Positions 37,539 through 47,393 of a stretch of DNA of 64,000 nucleotides are shown in pieces; the stretch's first letter is position 1; each line of letters begins with the position of its first letter. This DNA is from a virus (lineage: Duplodnaviria; Caudoviricetes), in the IMG/VR virus record IMGVR_UViG_3300014208_000023, positions 256,001 through 320,000 of that record. One strand, 5' to 3'. A program made the translations under genes and the position numbers. Below the pieces are notes generated by a model. That model was not told the origin of the DNA. It worked only from the letters and a program-made list of their open reading frames with translations, and did not search any database.

Positions 37539-38734
37539 CTTGCTGTTTCTGTAAATGTCTTTAGTGCTTTTATTTGATTTTTAACGCGCCTATCTAATTC
37601 TTTTACTTGTTGAGTAACATTGACTTTTGGATTAATAAGTATTCTCTCATTAAGTTCCTTAATATAAGCAACTGGCCAGGCCTTTACTTTTGGATAAAGA
37701 GTTTTAAATCTTGTTCCAAGAATTTCCTTAATAACTTCCTGATCTAATCTGTTGATTGTAATTATCTCATCAAATCGTGCTGGTCGTAAAATTGCCGGAT
37801 GAAATGGCGCCAAGCTATTAACGATACCGATCGTTAGTTTTAGCTTGACATGCATTCTTTCCAAGAATCCCAATAAAGATGCGGATCCTTCTACGGTATC
37901 TAGGTCGTCAAGTATTAGAGCCTCTACTTTTAGAGCGTCAATAATATTCTCAATTGCTTGAAGGTCGGATGTTTGTGGATCATATTTGAACTTAAGGGTT
38001 CGAAGTCCCAGCTCATTTATTATCGTATTGGTGCAGGTTGTTTTTCCGGTTCCAGGATATCCCAAAAATATTATTGATCTATTGATATTTTTATCAATGG
38101 CGGCTTTAATATGTTTGAGATGTTTTGTTGCTGTGGGAGAATTAATTGATTTTAACTCTTCATTCTTTAATAGAAATCTAGTGCCTGCATCAGACCATTT
38201 ATGTGGTCCTCTATGTGCTTTTTCAGTAATAGAAAAAACTTGAGATTTTATTGACTTAAAAGCTTCTTGATATACGAAATCTAATAGCTGCTCTTTTTTA
38301 CCTTCATCCAAACAAAACCATAGTCCCTGTTCATCCCTGCCAATGGATTTTCCATTTGGAAGAGTATATATTTTAGATACTGATTGGTTATTGTATTTGA
38401 AGTTTAGAACTTTGGAGGGATAATTGTCTAATATTGGAACTAGAATATCATAAAGTGGTTGCTGTGTAGTTGCACACACTAACACGTCCCAGCCCTGTTT
38501 TATATTGAAATAGTCTGAGCTCCATGAACCCATAAAATCAGCCATAACATTGAGTGAGCCAAGTCCGCCCTCAACAAATGATAGCCAATTTTTATTGTTA
38601 GCAAATGCGGTTATTGAGCGAGCAACCTCTACTCCAGCCGCAATGTATAAGCTTTTGTCCAGCAATTCTCTAACAAGTTTCCGCTTGAATTTATGAAACT
38701 TTTCGCTATCAAAAAATGATGATTCACTTTTCAT
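37535..38734 (-). CDS. AAA+ ATPase, paralogue 2
   Basis: GYPGTGKT, LILDDLD, IVNS, PAILRPARFD; N-terminus similar to paralogue 1. Confidence 0.88.
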   Translation of the reverse strand: MKSESSFFDSEKFHKFKRKLVRELLDKSLYIAAGVEVARSITAFANNKNWLSFVEGGLGSLNVMADFMGSWSSDYFNIKQGWDVLVCATTQQPLYDILVPILDNYPSKVLNFKYNNQSVSKIYTLPNGKSIGRDEQGLWFCLDEGKKEQLLDFVYQEAFKSIKSQVFSITEKAHRGPHKWSDAGTRFLLKNEELKSINSPTATKHLKHIKAAIDKNINRSIIFLGYPGTGKTTCTNTIINELGLRTLKFKYDPQTSDLQAIENIIDALKVEALILDDLDTVEGSASLLGFLERMHVKLKLTIGIVNSLAPFHPAILRPARFDEIITINRLDQEVIKEILGTRFKTLYPKVKAWPVAYIKELNERILINPKVNVTQQVKELDRRVKNQIKALKTFTETAR

Positions 38735-38750
38735 TTATGCCTCTTATGAG

Positions 38751-38759
38751 TATATATCA
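38751..38759 (-). promoter_or_regulatory. TGATATATA promoter-like motif
   Basis: Intergenic, 16 nt upstream of ATG 38734. Confidence 0.5.
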
Positions 38760-38813
38760 GCATCACTTGCCTTACCGACAAGATTGCAATAATGATTATC
38801 GTATCAAACGGAC

Positions 38814-39572
38814 TTATTCAAACGGAATAAAAAGTGATTTTCTTTTTTGAACGTAAGCGGCGCAATTCTCCCTAAATTTTGCAAGATTATTTTTGTGACA
38901 ATCAGTTTTAAACTCTCTATATGGGCCAACATCTAGCTCTCCCTGTCCAAAATGTATTCCCATTTCAGGAAGATAAGCCATTTCCCATCCTAATAATCTG
39001 GCCCTAAAGAAATAGTCAGCATCCTCTTCTCCATATTTTCCAAATTCTGTTATAAAATAACCTATTTGGTTATGAAGTTCTCTGCTAAAAACTGTGCAAG
39101 CAGTTCCCAGATTTCCTTGGGTTTTGTATTGAAACGTTTTGCCATGTCTGCTACGTATTGGATATTCTACGCCTTCCATATTCAATCCAACTGCAAACTT
39201 TGGATTAACTGAAAGAATATCTAATGATTTAGATAGCCACCCAGGAACGAATTCAATATCATTATCTAGCGTTGATAGGTATTCATCATTATATTTGGCA
39301 GATGCTTTTAGTCCTTGATTGCGACCAATAGCAATTCCCATATTTTCTTTGTTATAAACAAAGTCTTGACCAACACAATTCTTATTATTCCAAATATTTT
39401 CCTTTAGCCAAGGATCATTTTCTAGCCACTCCACCGTTCCATCAGTAGAGCCGTTATCAACTATAATGAGTCTGAATGGCGAATCAGTATTCTCAAAAAG
39501 GCTCTTGAGCATTCTTTTTGTTAAATCCAGCCTATTATAAGTAACAATCATTAATGATGTTGTCATTTGCAC
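38814..39572 (-). CDS. Glycosyltransferase family 2
   Basis: IVTYNR, IVDNGSTDGT, LDNDIE, YGEEDADY. Confidence 0.9.
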   Translation of the reverse strand: MQMTTSLMIVTYNRLDLTKRMLKSLFENTDSPFRLIIVDNGSTDGTVEWLENDPWLKENIWNNKNCVGQDFVYNKENMGIAIGRNQGLKASAKYNDEYLSTLDNDIEFVPGWLSKSLDILSVNPKFAVGLNMEGVEYPIRSRHGKTFQYKTQGNLGTACTVFSRELHNQIGYFITEFGKYGEEDADYFFRARLLGWEMAYLPEMGIHFGQGELDVGPYREFKTDCHKNNLAKFRENCAAYVQKRKSLFIPFE

Positions 39573-39934
39573 ATCTTCTTTATTGTCTTAAGGGTCTCGA
39601 TAAAACTTTCTGCCTGTAGTTTTTTAAGCTCAATTTCTTTGTCTTCTAAAGTCGAAATTCTAACCTTGAGATGGTGTTCGTCTTCGTTTATAATTTGGTC
39701 CGCGCTTAATTCTTCAATTTTAGCACACAATTTATTAAACGTAGTTGTTTTTATGAAATCAACTTTAGATTTGGCAAAATCTTTAATCTCTTTAAGATTA
39801 TTGCTCATAAGAATGAATGTAGCCATTCTTTCTACTTCTGGATATCCTACTTTATTAGGAACAAAAACTCTATATATCGGTTCGGCCACAAGCCCGCAAA
39901 TAAAAGCGGTTGCTATAAATATTAAATCAATCAT
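39563..39934 (-). CDS. Hypothetical protein with N-terminal hydrophobic segment
   Basis: MIDLIFIATAFICGLVA then charged helices. Confidence 0.65.
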   Translation of the reverse strand: MIDLIFIATAFICGLVAEPIYRVFVPNKVGYPEVERMATFILMSNNLKEIKDFAKSKVDFIKTTTFNKLCAKIEELSADQIINEDEHHLKVRISTLEDKEIELKKLQAESFIETLKTIKKMCK

Positions 39935-39954
39935 TGCGCACCATTTATAAAATG

Positions 39955-40875
39955 TTAGTTTGCTCTGTTTTCAACAAACCATTTGTAAGTTTTAGCTATT
40001 CCGTCTTCTAGAGACGTTTCTGCCTTAAGCCCAATTGATTTTAGTTTAGAAACGTCCAACAGTTTTCTTGGTGTTCCGTCAGGCTTGCTGCTATTATATG
40101 TGACTGGCCCTTCGTAACCGACAACTTTCTTTATCAAAATCGCCAAATCGTTAATGGTCATATCCTCACCGACACCAACATTAATGAGATCCGGTATGTC
40201 GTCCATAAACAATGTTTCTTTTACTATATTGGCCAGATCTTCACAATACATAAATTCTCTTCTAGCTTTTCCAGTTCCCCATAATTCTACGGACTCTGAA
40301 CCATTTACTTTAGCTTCGTGAATTTTTCGCAGTAAAGCCGGCAACACATGAGAATCTTCCAGATCAAAACTATCACCGGGCCCATACAAATTGGTGGGCA
40401 TTAATGAGTAGCCGGGAAAATTATATTGCCTACAATATGCTCTTATCATTTGCACTCCGGCAATTTTGGCAACAGCATAAGCGTCATTAGTAGATTCTAA
40501 TGGTCCGGTTAGAAGATATTCTTCTTTAATTGGTTGAGGGGCAAATTTTGGATAGATACACGACGATCCAAGAAAACAAAACTTTTTGCAACCATACTTT
40601 CTAGCTGCCTCTATTGTATTTACGGTTATTTGTAAATTCTGCCTAATAAAATCTCCCTGATAAGTAAAGTTTGCCATAATACCGCCAACCTTTGCGGCGG
40701 CCATTACAACATAATCAGGATGGTATTCTTTGAAAAAATCCTCTACTTGAGCTTGATTGGTTAAATCAAGCTCTGATCTAGATTTAGTAATGATATTATC
40801 ATAGTTAGATTTTTTAAGACTGCGCACTACGGCAGATCCTACCATCCCATTATGGCCCGCTACGTAAATGCTCAT
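39955..40875 (-). CDS. fcl: GDP-L-fucose synthase
   Basis: GHNGMVG, AAAKVGGI, LGSSCIYP (catalytic Cys), YAVAK, SHVLPAL (catalytic His), KPDGTPRK. Confidence 0.95.
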   Translation of the reverse strand: MSIYVAGHNGMVGSAVVRSLKKSNYDNIITKSRSELDLTNQAQVEDFFKEYHPDYVVMAAAKVGGIMANFTYQGDFIRQNLQITVNTIEAARKYGCKKFCFLGSSCIYPKFAPQPIKEEYLLTGPLESTNDAYAVAKIAGVQMIRAYCRQYNFPGYSLMPTNLYGPGDSFDLEDSHVLPALLRKIHEAKVNGSESVELWGTGKARREFMYCEDLANIVKETLFMDDIPDLINVGVGEDMTINDLAILIKKVVGYEGPVTYNSSKPDGTPRKLLDVSKLKSIGLKAETSLEDGIAKTYKWFVENRAN

Positions 40876-41873
40876 TTTTTATTTAGTAAATAAAGTTCTT
40901 TTTCAGCCAATTCCATATCATATTGAATCATCTCATCTACCAGCATTTGGAATGAAAACTTTGGTTCCCAACCCAGCTCTTTTCGTATTTTGGAAGAATC
41001 TCCGCATAGAGCATCCACTTCGCTTGCTCTAAAGTATTTAGGATCTATTTCAACATAGTTTTTGTAATCAAGCCCCAGATGAGAAAATACCATCTCAACA
41101 AACTCTAGAACTGAATGCATCTCTCCGCTAGAGATAACGTAGTCTCCAGGATTTTCAGCAGTTATGATTTTAAACATTCCGGCAGCTACGTCCGATGCAT
41201 GAGACCAATCTCTTTTGGCGTCTAGATTTCCTAGATATAGTTTTTCTTGTAGCCCTAGTTTTATACGAGTTGCCGCTCTAGTTATTTTTCTGGTAACGAA
41301 GGTTTCTCCTCGTCTAGCGCCTTCGTGATTGAAACTGATGGCGTTACTGGCATGCATTCCATAAGCTTCTCTGTAGTTTATGGTGGCGTAGAATCCGGCC
41401 ACCTTTGCCACTCCATACGGAGACCTTGGGTGAAATGGCGTTGTTTCACTCTGTGGTGGATTTTCAGATCCAAACATTTCGCTGCTTGAGGCCGTAAGGA
41501 ATCTGGTTTTGGGACTACATTTCCTAACTGCCTCCAAAACTCTCATTACTCCGGTTCCTGTAACGTCCATGGTATAAACTGGAATATCAAAACTTACCTT
41601 AACGTGAGATTGCGCTCCCATGTTAAATAACAAATCTGGCTTAATATCTCCTATCCAGCTAGATAGTGATGCATAATCAGATAGGTCTCCATATGTTAAT
41701 TCTAATTGCGCATCCGAATGCGGATCTTGATAAAGATGGTCTATTCTCTCCGTATTTAGAGAGCTACTTCGACGCTTTAATCCATGAACCTTATAGCCTT
41801 CTTTTAGAAGAAGTTCGCATAGATATGATCCCGTCTGTCCAGTAACGCCAGTAATGCAAGCAGTTTTAGTCAT
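40872..41873 (-). CDS. gmd: GDP-mannose 4,6-dehydratase
   Basis: GVTGQTGSYL, AQSHVKVSF, ASSSEMFG, PRSPYGVAK, FNHEG, ETFVTRKIT, GNLDAKRDW. Confidence 0.96.
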   Translation of the reverse strand: MTKTACITGVTGQTGSYLCELLLKEGYKVHGLKRRSSSLNTERIDHLYQDPHSDAQLELTYGDLSDYASLSSWIGDIKPDLLFNMGAQSHVKVSFDIPVYTMDVTGTGVMRVLEAVRKCSPKTRFLTASSSEMFGSENPPQSETTPFHPRSPYGVAKVAGFYATINYREAYGMHASNAISFNHEGARRGETFVTRKITRAATRIKLGLQEKLYLGNLDAKRDWSHASDVAAGMFKIITAENPGDYVISSGEMHSVLEFVEMVFSHLGLDYKNYVEIDPKYFRASEVDALCGDSSKIRKELGWEPKFSFQMLVDEMIQYDMELAEKELYLLNKK

Positions 41874-41890
41874 TTAAAGTCCTTAACAAT

Positions 41891-41899
41891 TCTATATCA
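41891..41899 (-). promoter_or_regulatory. TGATATAGA promoter-like motif
   Basis: Intergenic, 17 nt upstream of the gmd ATG. Confidence 0.45.
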
Positions 41900-41928
41900 A
41901 ATGAACAAAAAGTTTTTCAACTAAAATT

Positions 41929-42183
41929 TCATTTTTTACCATATATTTTGGTCGATCCCTGCCCATATAGTTTTTGTGCCTCTCCGGTTTTAACCATATG
42001 ATTTATCTGCTCGTCTATCTGCTGAATAAGATCATTTCTCTGCTGGTTTGCTATGTTAGTAAGGCGAGTGGCATCTGCAATCTCCTTATCTGTAGCGGAT
42101 TTATTCCTCTTAATATCTTCGGCCATCCATATTCTTATATTGGTTACTGATAAGCTGTCAATTAGATTTCCAATAGTAGTCAT
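41929..42183 (-). CDS. DUF4254-like small helical protein
   Basis: TIGNLIDSLSVTNIRIWMAED...NQQRNDLIQQID. Confidence 0.6.
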   Translation of the reverse strand: MTTIGNLIDSLSVTNIRIWMAEDIKRNKSATDKEIADATRLTNIANQQRNDLIQQIDEQINHMVKTGEAQKLYGQGSTKIYGKK

Positions 42184-42977
42184 TGTTTCCTAGTTTTGAA
42201 TTGTTCGATGTCTTCTTGCGTATCATTTAGAAGGTCCCAATACGTATATTCCCAATTTACGGATGGGGTAATCCATTTTGTATTAGTTGGCGGAGTGCTT
42301 GTATCTTCATTAACAAGATCGTGATATTCTAAACCGTTCATTTCGTATAAATCTTGCACGAAGTTTCTAACATTAAACGCCATTCCGGCCCCAACCATAC
42401 AATCTTCGATCTGCCCTATGCTTTTGCTTACGACAAATTTTGTATGAACCATATCTCGCTCGAAGTCCAAATTACCAACACTAATTTTTTCATTATTTAC
42501 GATCGATCTAAATATCTTTCCAAATAGGAAATACTTGCTTCTATACGTTGAATTGAAATAGAATGGGTGAATAAATATAACTTTTTTGTATAGATCGTTT
42601 AATTCACGAAGTTCTTTAATTTTATTTAAGAGAAGTAGTTTAGAAATCGCGTATTCATTTTTAAGATCGAAATTTGGTTCCGTATCTAAAGATATTACTC
42701 CCTCCCCAAACCCTCTCCACAATTCACAACTGGTGTAGCACACTATCTTTTTGGAGTTTTGCAGAAGGGCTTTGATTATCTTTAGTGTGTTCAGATAATT
42801 CGGAGTGATATAGTCAATGTTCTTTTCGTATATTCTCTGCTCGGCAAAAGTAATATATACAGAGTCCCATTGATTTTGTTTTAAATAATTGAAGTCAATA
42901 TTTCTGGAGGAAATTTTGACATAATCATCCGGAAAATACTGGGCTAACTGGGACGAACTTCCTATCACTAAATCCAC
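42180..42977 (-). CDS. Atypical NAD-dependent sugar epimerase/reductase (SDR)
   Basis: Degenerate IGSSSQLA nucleotide loop, YAISK, GNLDFERD. Confidence 0.65.
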   Translation of the reverse strand: MDLVIGSSSQLAQYFPDDYVKISSRNIDFNYLKQNQWDSVYITFAEQRIYEKNIDYITPNYLNTLKIIKALLQNSKKIVCYTSCELWRGFGEGVISLDTEPNFDLKNEYAISKLLLLNKIKELRELNDLYKKVIFIHPFYFNSTYRSKYFLFGKIFRSIVNNEKISVGNLDFERDMVHTKFVVSKSIGQIEDCMVGAGMAFNVRNFVQDLYEMNGLEYHDLVNEDTSTPPTNTKWITPSVNWEYTYWDLLNDTQEDIEQFKTRKQ

Positions 42978-44194
42978 TAGACACCTATAACTTCAAATTT
43001 CGGGCAGGGGACTATAAAACGACCACCTGCTAACAAATAATCCTGTTCTCTGCTGACAAACTCATTTATAAAATGCCAAGGCAATACTAGTAAATAATCT
43101 GGCTTTGCTCTACGCATCTCATCTTCAGAGTAAATCGGTATATTTGTTCCTACCGTTTTAAGCCCAAACTTATAGGGACTACGCTCGGCAATTCCATCGA
43201 TTAACGTGTGGTCAAGTCCAAAATATTGCAATAGGGTATTTCCTTTGGTGGAGGCGCCATAACCCCAAATAGTCTTGCCTTTGGCCTTCTCTTCTTTTAT
43301 AAAGAATACGGTTTTTTCTTTCAAAGATTCTATATCATTGTAAAACGATATCCAGGTTTCAGCTTGGTCTAATTTCAAAGTTTTTTCATATGCCAATAGA
43401 GAATCAACTCTCATATTGCAGATGTCTCTATATGGTTGAGAAGAAAATGTTTTTTCATCACCAGATTGTTTCATCGTATAAATTCTAAATGACCCGCCAT
43501 TAACATCATTAAGCTGGCAGTCCATAACTTTAAACCCATTTTTTTCTAGCAAAGCTTTTAAATTAAAAAGAGAATAGTAATAAATGTGTTCGTGACAGAT
43601 ATTATCAAAAGCCATTTGTTTAATCATTAATGGCGTATAGCTTAATTGAAGAACCCAAATGCCATTATCATCCAACACTTCTCCGATATCACGAATAAAT
43701 GAGTCTGGGTCTTCCAGGTCATAAAACATAGCTATAGAGGTTATTACTTTCGCTTTTAATCCGCCAAACTTACATTTTTTAAATGTATTAGCGCTAAAGT
43801 AATCTTGAATAATTAAATTGGAATGTTTTTGTGACTCGGCTTTATATGAATCATCTACCGGATCTATTCCAACTCTGATTAGGTCAGATGGTAACCACGA
43901 AAGAAGCGTTCCGTCATTACAAGCAATATCTATCCAAAGATCATTTTCTTTAAGTTTTTTTATTTTAAGAATGGAATCAACTATATCTTTTAATTCTTGT
44001 TTCATAGAAGAATTAATGCCGCTACGATACCAATATGTTCCATACATAGTATTTAACGGAGCTGATTTGGAAAGCTTAACGTTTCCATCATCAGTTAGCA
44101 ATAGTTTCATTTCAACCTTATCGCCCCGTGGTGGCTGGTTGTCTTTTATAAAGTCAGAAACATATAGGTCGCCTAAAGTAAAAAGCTCTTTCAT
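42977..44194 (-). CDS. NDP-hexose 3-C-methyltransferase family
   Basis: YWYRSG, DIACNDGTLL, FDNICHEHIYYY, GGS.R, WGYGASTKGNTLLQY, LPWHF, GGRFIVP.P. Confidence 0.88.
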   Translation of the reverse strand: MKELFTLGDLYVSDFIKDNQPPRGDKVEMKLLLTDDGNVKLSKSAPLNTMYGTYWYRSGINSSMKQELKDIVDSILKIKKLKENDLWIDIACNDGTLLSWLPSDLIRVGIDPVDDSYKAESQKHSNLIIQDYFSANTFKKCKFGGLKAKVITSIAMFYDLEDPDSFIRDIGEVLDDNGIWVLQLSYTPLMIKQMAFDNICHEHIYYYSLFNLKALLEKNGFKVMDCQLNDVNGGSFRIYTMKQSGDEKTFSSQPYRDICNMRVDSLLAYEKTLKLDQAETWISFYNDIESLKEKTVFFIKEEKAKGKTIWGYGASTKGNTLLQYFGLDHTLIDGIAERSPYKFGLKTVGTNIPIYSEDEMRRAKPDYLLVLPWHFINEFVSREQDYLLAGGRFIVPCPKFEVIGV

Positions 44195-44206
44195 TATGAT
44201 TTTGAC

Positions 44207-45106
44207 CTAAAATTTGTTTAATGTTTCCGATATTGCCTGCGCGAATCCACTGTTCATTCTATCTAAAGACATATTATCGCAAATAAAGCTATTAACTGAA
44301 CCATTAGCAATAACCGAACTTTGAATCATAGTTCCGCACATTTCTACTCTGGGAACCGGCTTATTGCCCCAGCAACTTACTGCCTGGGTAATTCCGCTAC
44401 ATACTCCAATAAATAAATCGCAATAATTATGAACTAGCGCTAACTGTCTTACGGTAAAACTAGATCCGGAAACAACCCCAGGATCATCAACATATTTTGT
44501 ATGATCCATCATGCTGGCGAAAATAAAATTACATTTTCCAAATTTAGCCCTGCATAGAACCATCATATTTCTAATTACTTCTTCGCTCAAATTAAAATTG
44601 CCCGCCGATCTCAATTGAGACTCTATCATAACGGTTTTTGGGTGAGGTAGTTTAGAGCAAAACTCTCTTGCCATTTCACGCTCTTCATCGGAGAATTTTA
44701 GGTAAGGATGCCATTCCGCCGATGGATCTACGCCAAAAACCATTCTTGGTATATTTGAGTAATTGACATCATTAAGGGCATTATTTGGAAGCATTGCCCA
44801 TGGAGCTGGAAAATAACCATTATGCAGGTCTTTCATAGTATCATAATCCTGCCTTCTATTTAATAGAAGTTGCCCGTTTTTATCCATTAAATTTCTAAAG
44901 TCTTCTTGAGGCCAATCTCTTATTTCAGAGATGGCGTCATTATGCTTTAGCATATCCATGTACGTGGCTTTTTCTGGGGAAGTATTGAGAAACCAAACGA
45001 TTTCTTTACCAGGCCATAGGATATCTTTATATTTCAAAACGCAAGTGCATAAAGCTATGTCACCGTGCTGCCCATGAACAAAAATTCCAATCTTATTATT
45101 TACCAC
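44207..45106 (-). CDS. GT9-like (GT-B) glycosyltransferase
   Basis: HGQHGDIAL...LK...PGKEIVW; CDLFIGVCSGITQ. Confidence 0.6.
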   Translation of the reverse strand: MVNNKIGIFVHGQHGDIALCTCVLKYKDILWPGKEIVWFLNTSPEKATYMDMLKHNDAISEIRDWPQEDFRNLMDKNGQLLLNRRQDYDTMKDLHNGYFPAPWAMLPNNALNDVNYSNIPRMVFGVDPSAEWHPYLKFSDEEREMAREFCSKLPHPKTVMIESQLRSAGNFNLSEEVIRNMMVLCRAKFGKCNFIFASMMDHTKYVDDPGVVSGSSFTVRQLALVHNYCDLFIGVCSGITQAVSCWGNKPVPRVEMCGTMIQSSVIANGSVNSFICDNMSLDRMNSGFAQAISETLNKF

Positions 45107-45155
45107 ACTTGTCCTTATGTCAATACTTTGTTATTGGTATAGATAAGGGACGCAA

Positions 45156-45788
45156 ATGACATATTACTCTCAAGCATGGCAAGACGAATTCGTTATAAAT
45201 CTTTTGAACTTTAAAAAGAATGGGCACTTCATAGACATAGGAAGCACCGATGGTATGAATCAAAGTAATTCATATTTTCTTGAAAAAGAAATGGGGTGGA
45301 AAGGAACTTGCGTTGAGCTTGGAATCGGCTATACCGAGCACTATAAAAACAATAGAAGCTGCGTATTCTTAAATGAAGACGCTACCAAAATAGATTATAA
45401 ATCTTTATTTGATAAAAATCAATATCCATCACGAATAGATTATTTGTCTTTGGATATTGATGAGAGCAGTATGCTTGGTCTTGCAAAATTACCGTTTGAT
45501 GACTATAAGTTTAGCGTTATAACTATAGAGCATGACTCGTATAGATTTGGTGATATACTGAAAAATCAAGAGAGAGAATTTTTAAGGCATCACAATTATA
45601 CTCCATTATTTTTAGACGTTCTAGTTCCGCTTGGCTGTGGAATGGGACCAAATCTTTCATTTGAAGACTGGTGGGTAGATGCGTCTGTTTTTAATATGGA
45701 AAAATTAAACAAATTAAGTGCCACAAGAATGTATCCAGACGAAATAGTTGCTATGATAAAAAATAAGAAAGATATATACGCCATATAG
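45156..45788 (+). CDS. FkbM-like (Methyltransf_21) methyltransferase
   Basis: SQAWQDEF, FIDIGSTDG..QSN, IDYLSLDID, VITIEHD, FEDWWV. Confidence 0.85.
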   Translation: MTYYSQAWQDEFVINLLNFKKNGHFIDIGSTDGMNQSNSYFLEKEMGWKGTCVELGIGYTEHYKNNRSCVFLNEDATKIDYKSLFDKNQYPSRIDYLSLDIDESSMLGLAKLPFDDYKFSVITIEHDSYRFGDILKNQEREFLRHHNYTPLFLDVLVPLGCGMGPNLSFEDWWVDASVFNMEKLNKLSATRMYPDEIVAMIKNKKDIYAI

Positions 45789-45807
45789 TGAAAGGTTCGC
45801 CGAAAAT

Positions 45808-46623
45808 ATGAAAAAAATAATAAGCTACTCTTTGTATAATTCTATTCCAAAGAACACGATAAATGCCATCATCAACTGTATGTTGGTGCCTAAAATATAC
45901 CCAGGCTGGATAGCAAGATTTTATATAGATGATACTGTGCCAAAGCCTATTGTGGATATTTTACGAACTTTTGACTATGTTGAAATAGTTGAAATGCCAA
46001 GGGGAACTGGAAGTGAGCGTATGTGCTGGCGGTTCCTCCCAGCGGCAGACTATAATGCAATAATGATATCACGTGATTGCGATAGCTGGATTAGTTCAAG
46101 AGAAAAAGTTTGTGTCGATGCTTGGTTAGCTAGTGATAAAAACTTTAGTATTATTTATGATCACTGTTATCACACGGACTCAAAAATTAAAATAATGGGT
46201 GGCGTGTGGGGCTCAAGAAATGGTATCATTCCAAAGATGGCCGAAGAAATTGATAAGTTTGTAAATGCTGGCCAAACTTATGACCAGGGCCTATTATCAT
46301 CCGTAATCTATCCAAACATTACGCATACCGTCATGATTCATTATGGTGACCCTCAATATAATAATAAGGGGGAACGAATTCATCGAGGCAGCGAACTTGG
46401 AGGAGTTCCAATTCCGCCCTATGAAGAAAACGACGAGCCAATTCCTGGCCTTTCATTTAGACGCGTTAATAAGTTGAATGAATTTTTCTGCGCTCACTGC
46501 AAAAAACATCATGACGTTTTCATTGGTGGCATTATGGAACATATTCCAGAAGATGCTATGCAGGTTGTCAGAAATTACGCTAAAGAAAAGGGAATTTCAG
46601 TAGAAAATTGTCCTGGCTTCTAA
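45808..46623 (+). CDS. Putative GT-A glycosyltransferase of a family common in giant viruses and protists
   Basis: KIISYSLY...YPGW..RFY...MCWRF...SRDCDS..S.RE...DH..H..MGG.WG...DQ.LL...IYP. Confidence 0.6.
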   Translation: MKKIISYSLYNSIPKNTINAIINCMLVPKIYPGWIARFYIDDTVPKPIVDILRTFDYVEIVEMPRGTGSERMCWRFLPAADYNAIMISRDCDSWISSREKVCVDAWLASDKNFSIIYDHCYHTDSKIKIMGGVWGSRNGIIPKMAEEIDKFVNAGQTYDQGLLSSVIYPNITHTVMIHYGDPQYNNKGERIHRGSELGGVPIPPYEENDEPIPGLSFRRVNKLNEFFCAHCKKHHDVFIGGIMEHIPEDAMQVVRNYAKEKGISVENCPGF

Positions 46624-47393
46624 TAAAAATACTTCAAAAACAAATCCATTCTTAATTTATGCCCCTCAGCAAATGAGGGGAAATAAGAATTCCATTGAGA
46701 ACCAGCCATATAATGGTAGAACCCATTAGCAACCCAGCCGGCACTTAATCCATATTTGCCACATATAAATAAATCATCTCTAAAATACTGTAAGAATGGG
46801 GTATCTTTGGCTGTGCTAATATAATTTAATATTTGGCTATTTTCCAGAAACTTAACTTTTTCTGGATTACTTTCAATAAAGTATCTGGTTTTCCCACCAC
46901 AATCTAGTCCTGGCTCTAATCCAAAATCTATATTTTTAGGATTTTGTAGAAGAGCCATATTAATGATCGTAAATGCTGGGTAGAAATAAATAATTCCTTT
47001 ACCATCCAATATTTTATATTCAGTTGTGCTTGCCGCAATATTGTTTCCTATAATATTTGAAACATTAATATCTTCTATTGGAAATACATCAGTATGAAGC
47101 AAAATAATAATTTCACAATTATTTTTAACGGCATAGTCTTGTACTGCCCAATTTAAAGTGGCAGCATATCCTTCTGAAGGATTTTGAATCTTATGAATAC
47201 TTTGCGGAACTCTCACGCAATTAATTTTATTATAGGAGGTCACCAGATTTATGGCCGCTTCCATCTCCGGATCCATTGCATCATTAAATAATACAAAATC
47301 AAAATCTTCTTTCATATACTTTTGAAATTGTCTATACATTATATCAATTGGAAACTTATCATTGACAGCAAAAGAGAAAACGGATATTTTCAT
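46620..47393 (-). CDS. Putative GT-A glycosyltransferase
   Basis: FVLFNDA, LLHTDVFP (xxD motif); cluster context. Confidence 0.5.
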   Translation of the reverse strand: MKISVFSFAVNDKFPIDIMYRQFQKYMKEDFDFVLFNDAMDPEMEAAINLVTSYNKINCVRVPQSIHKIQNPSEGYAATLNWAVQDYAVKNNCEIIILLHTDVFPIEDINVSNIIGNNIAASTTEYKILDGKGIIYFYPAFTIINMALLQNPKNIDFGLEPGLDCGGKTRYFIESNPEKVKFLENSQILNYISTAKDTPFLQYFRDDLFICGKYGLSAGWVANGFYHYMAGSQWNSYFPSFAEGHKLRMDLFLKYFY

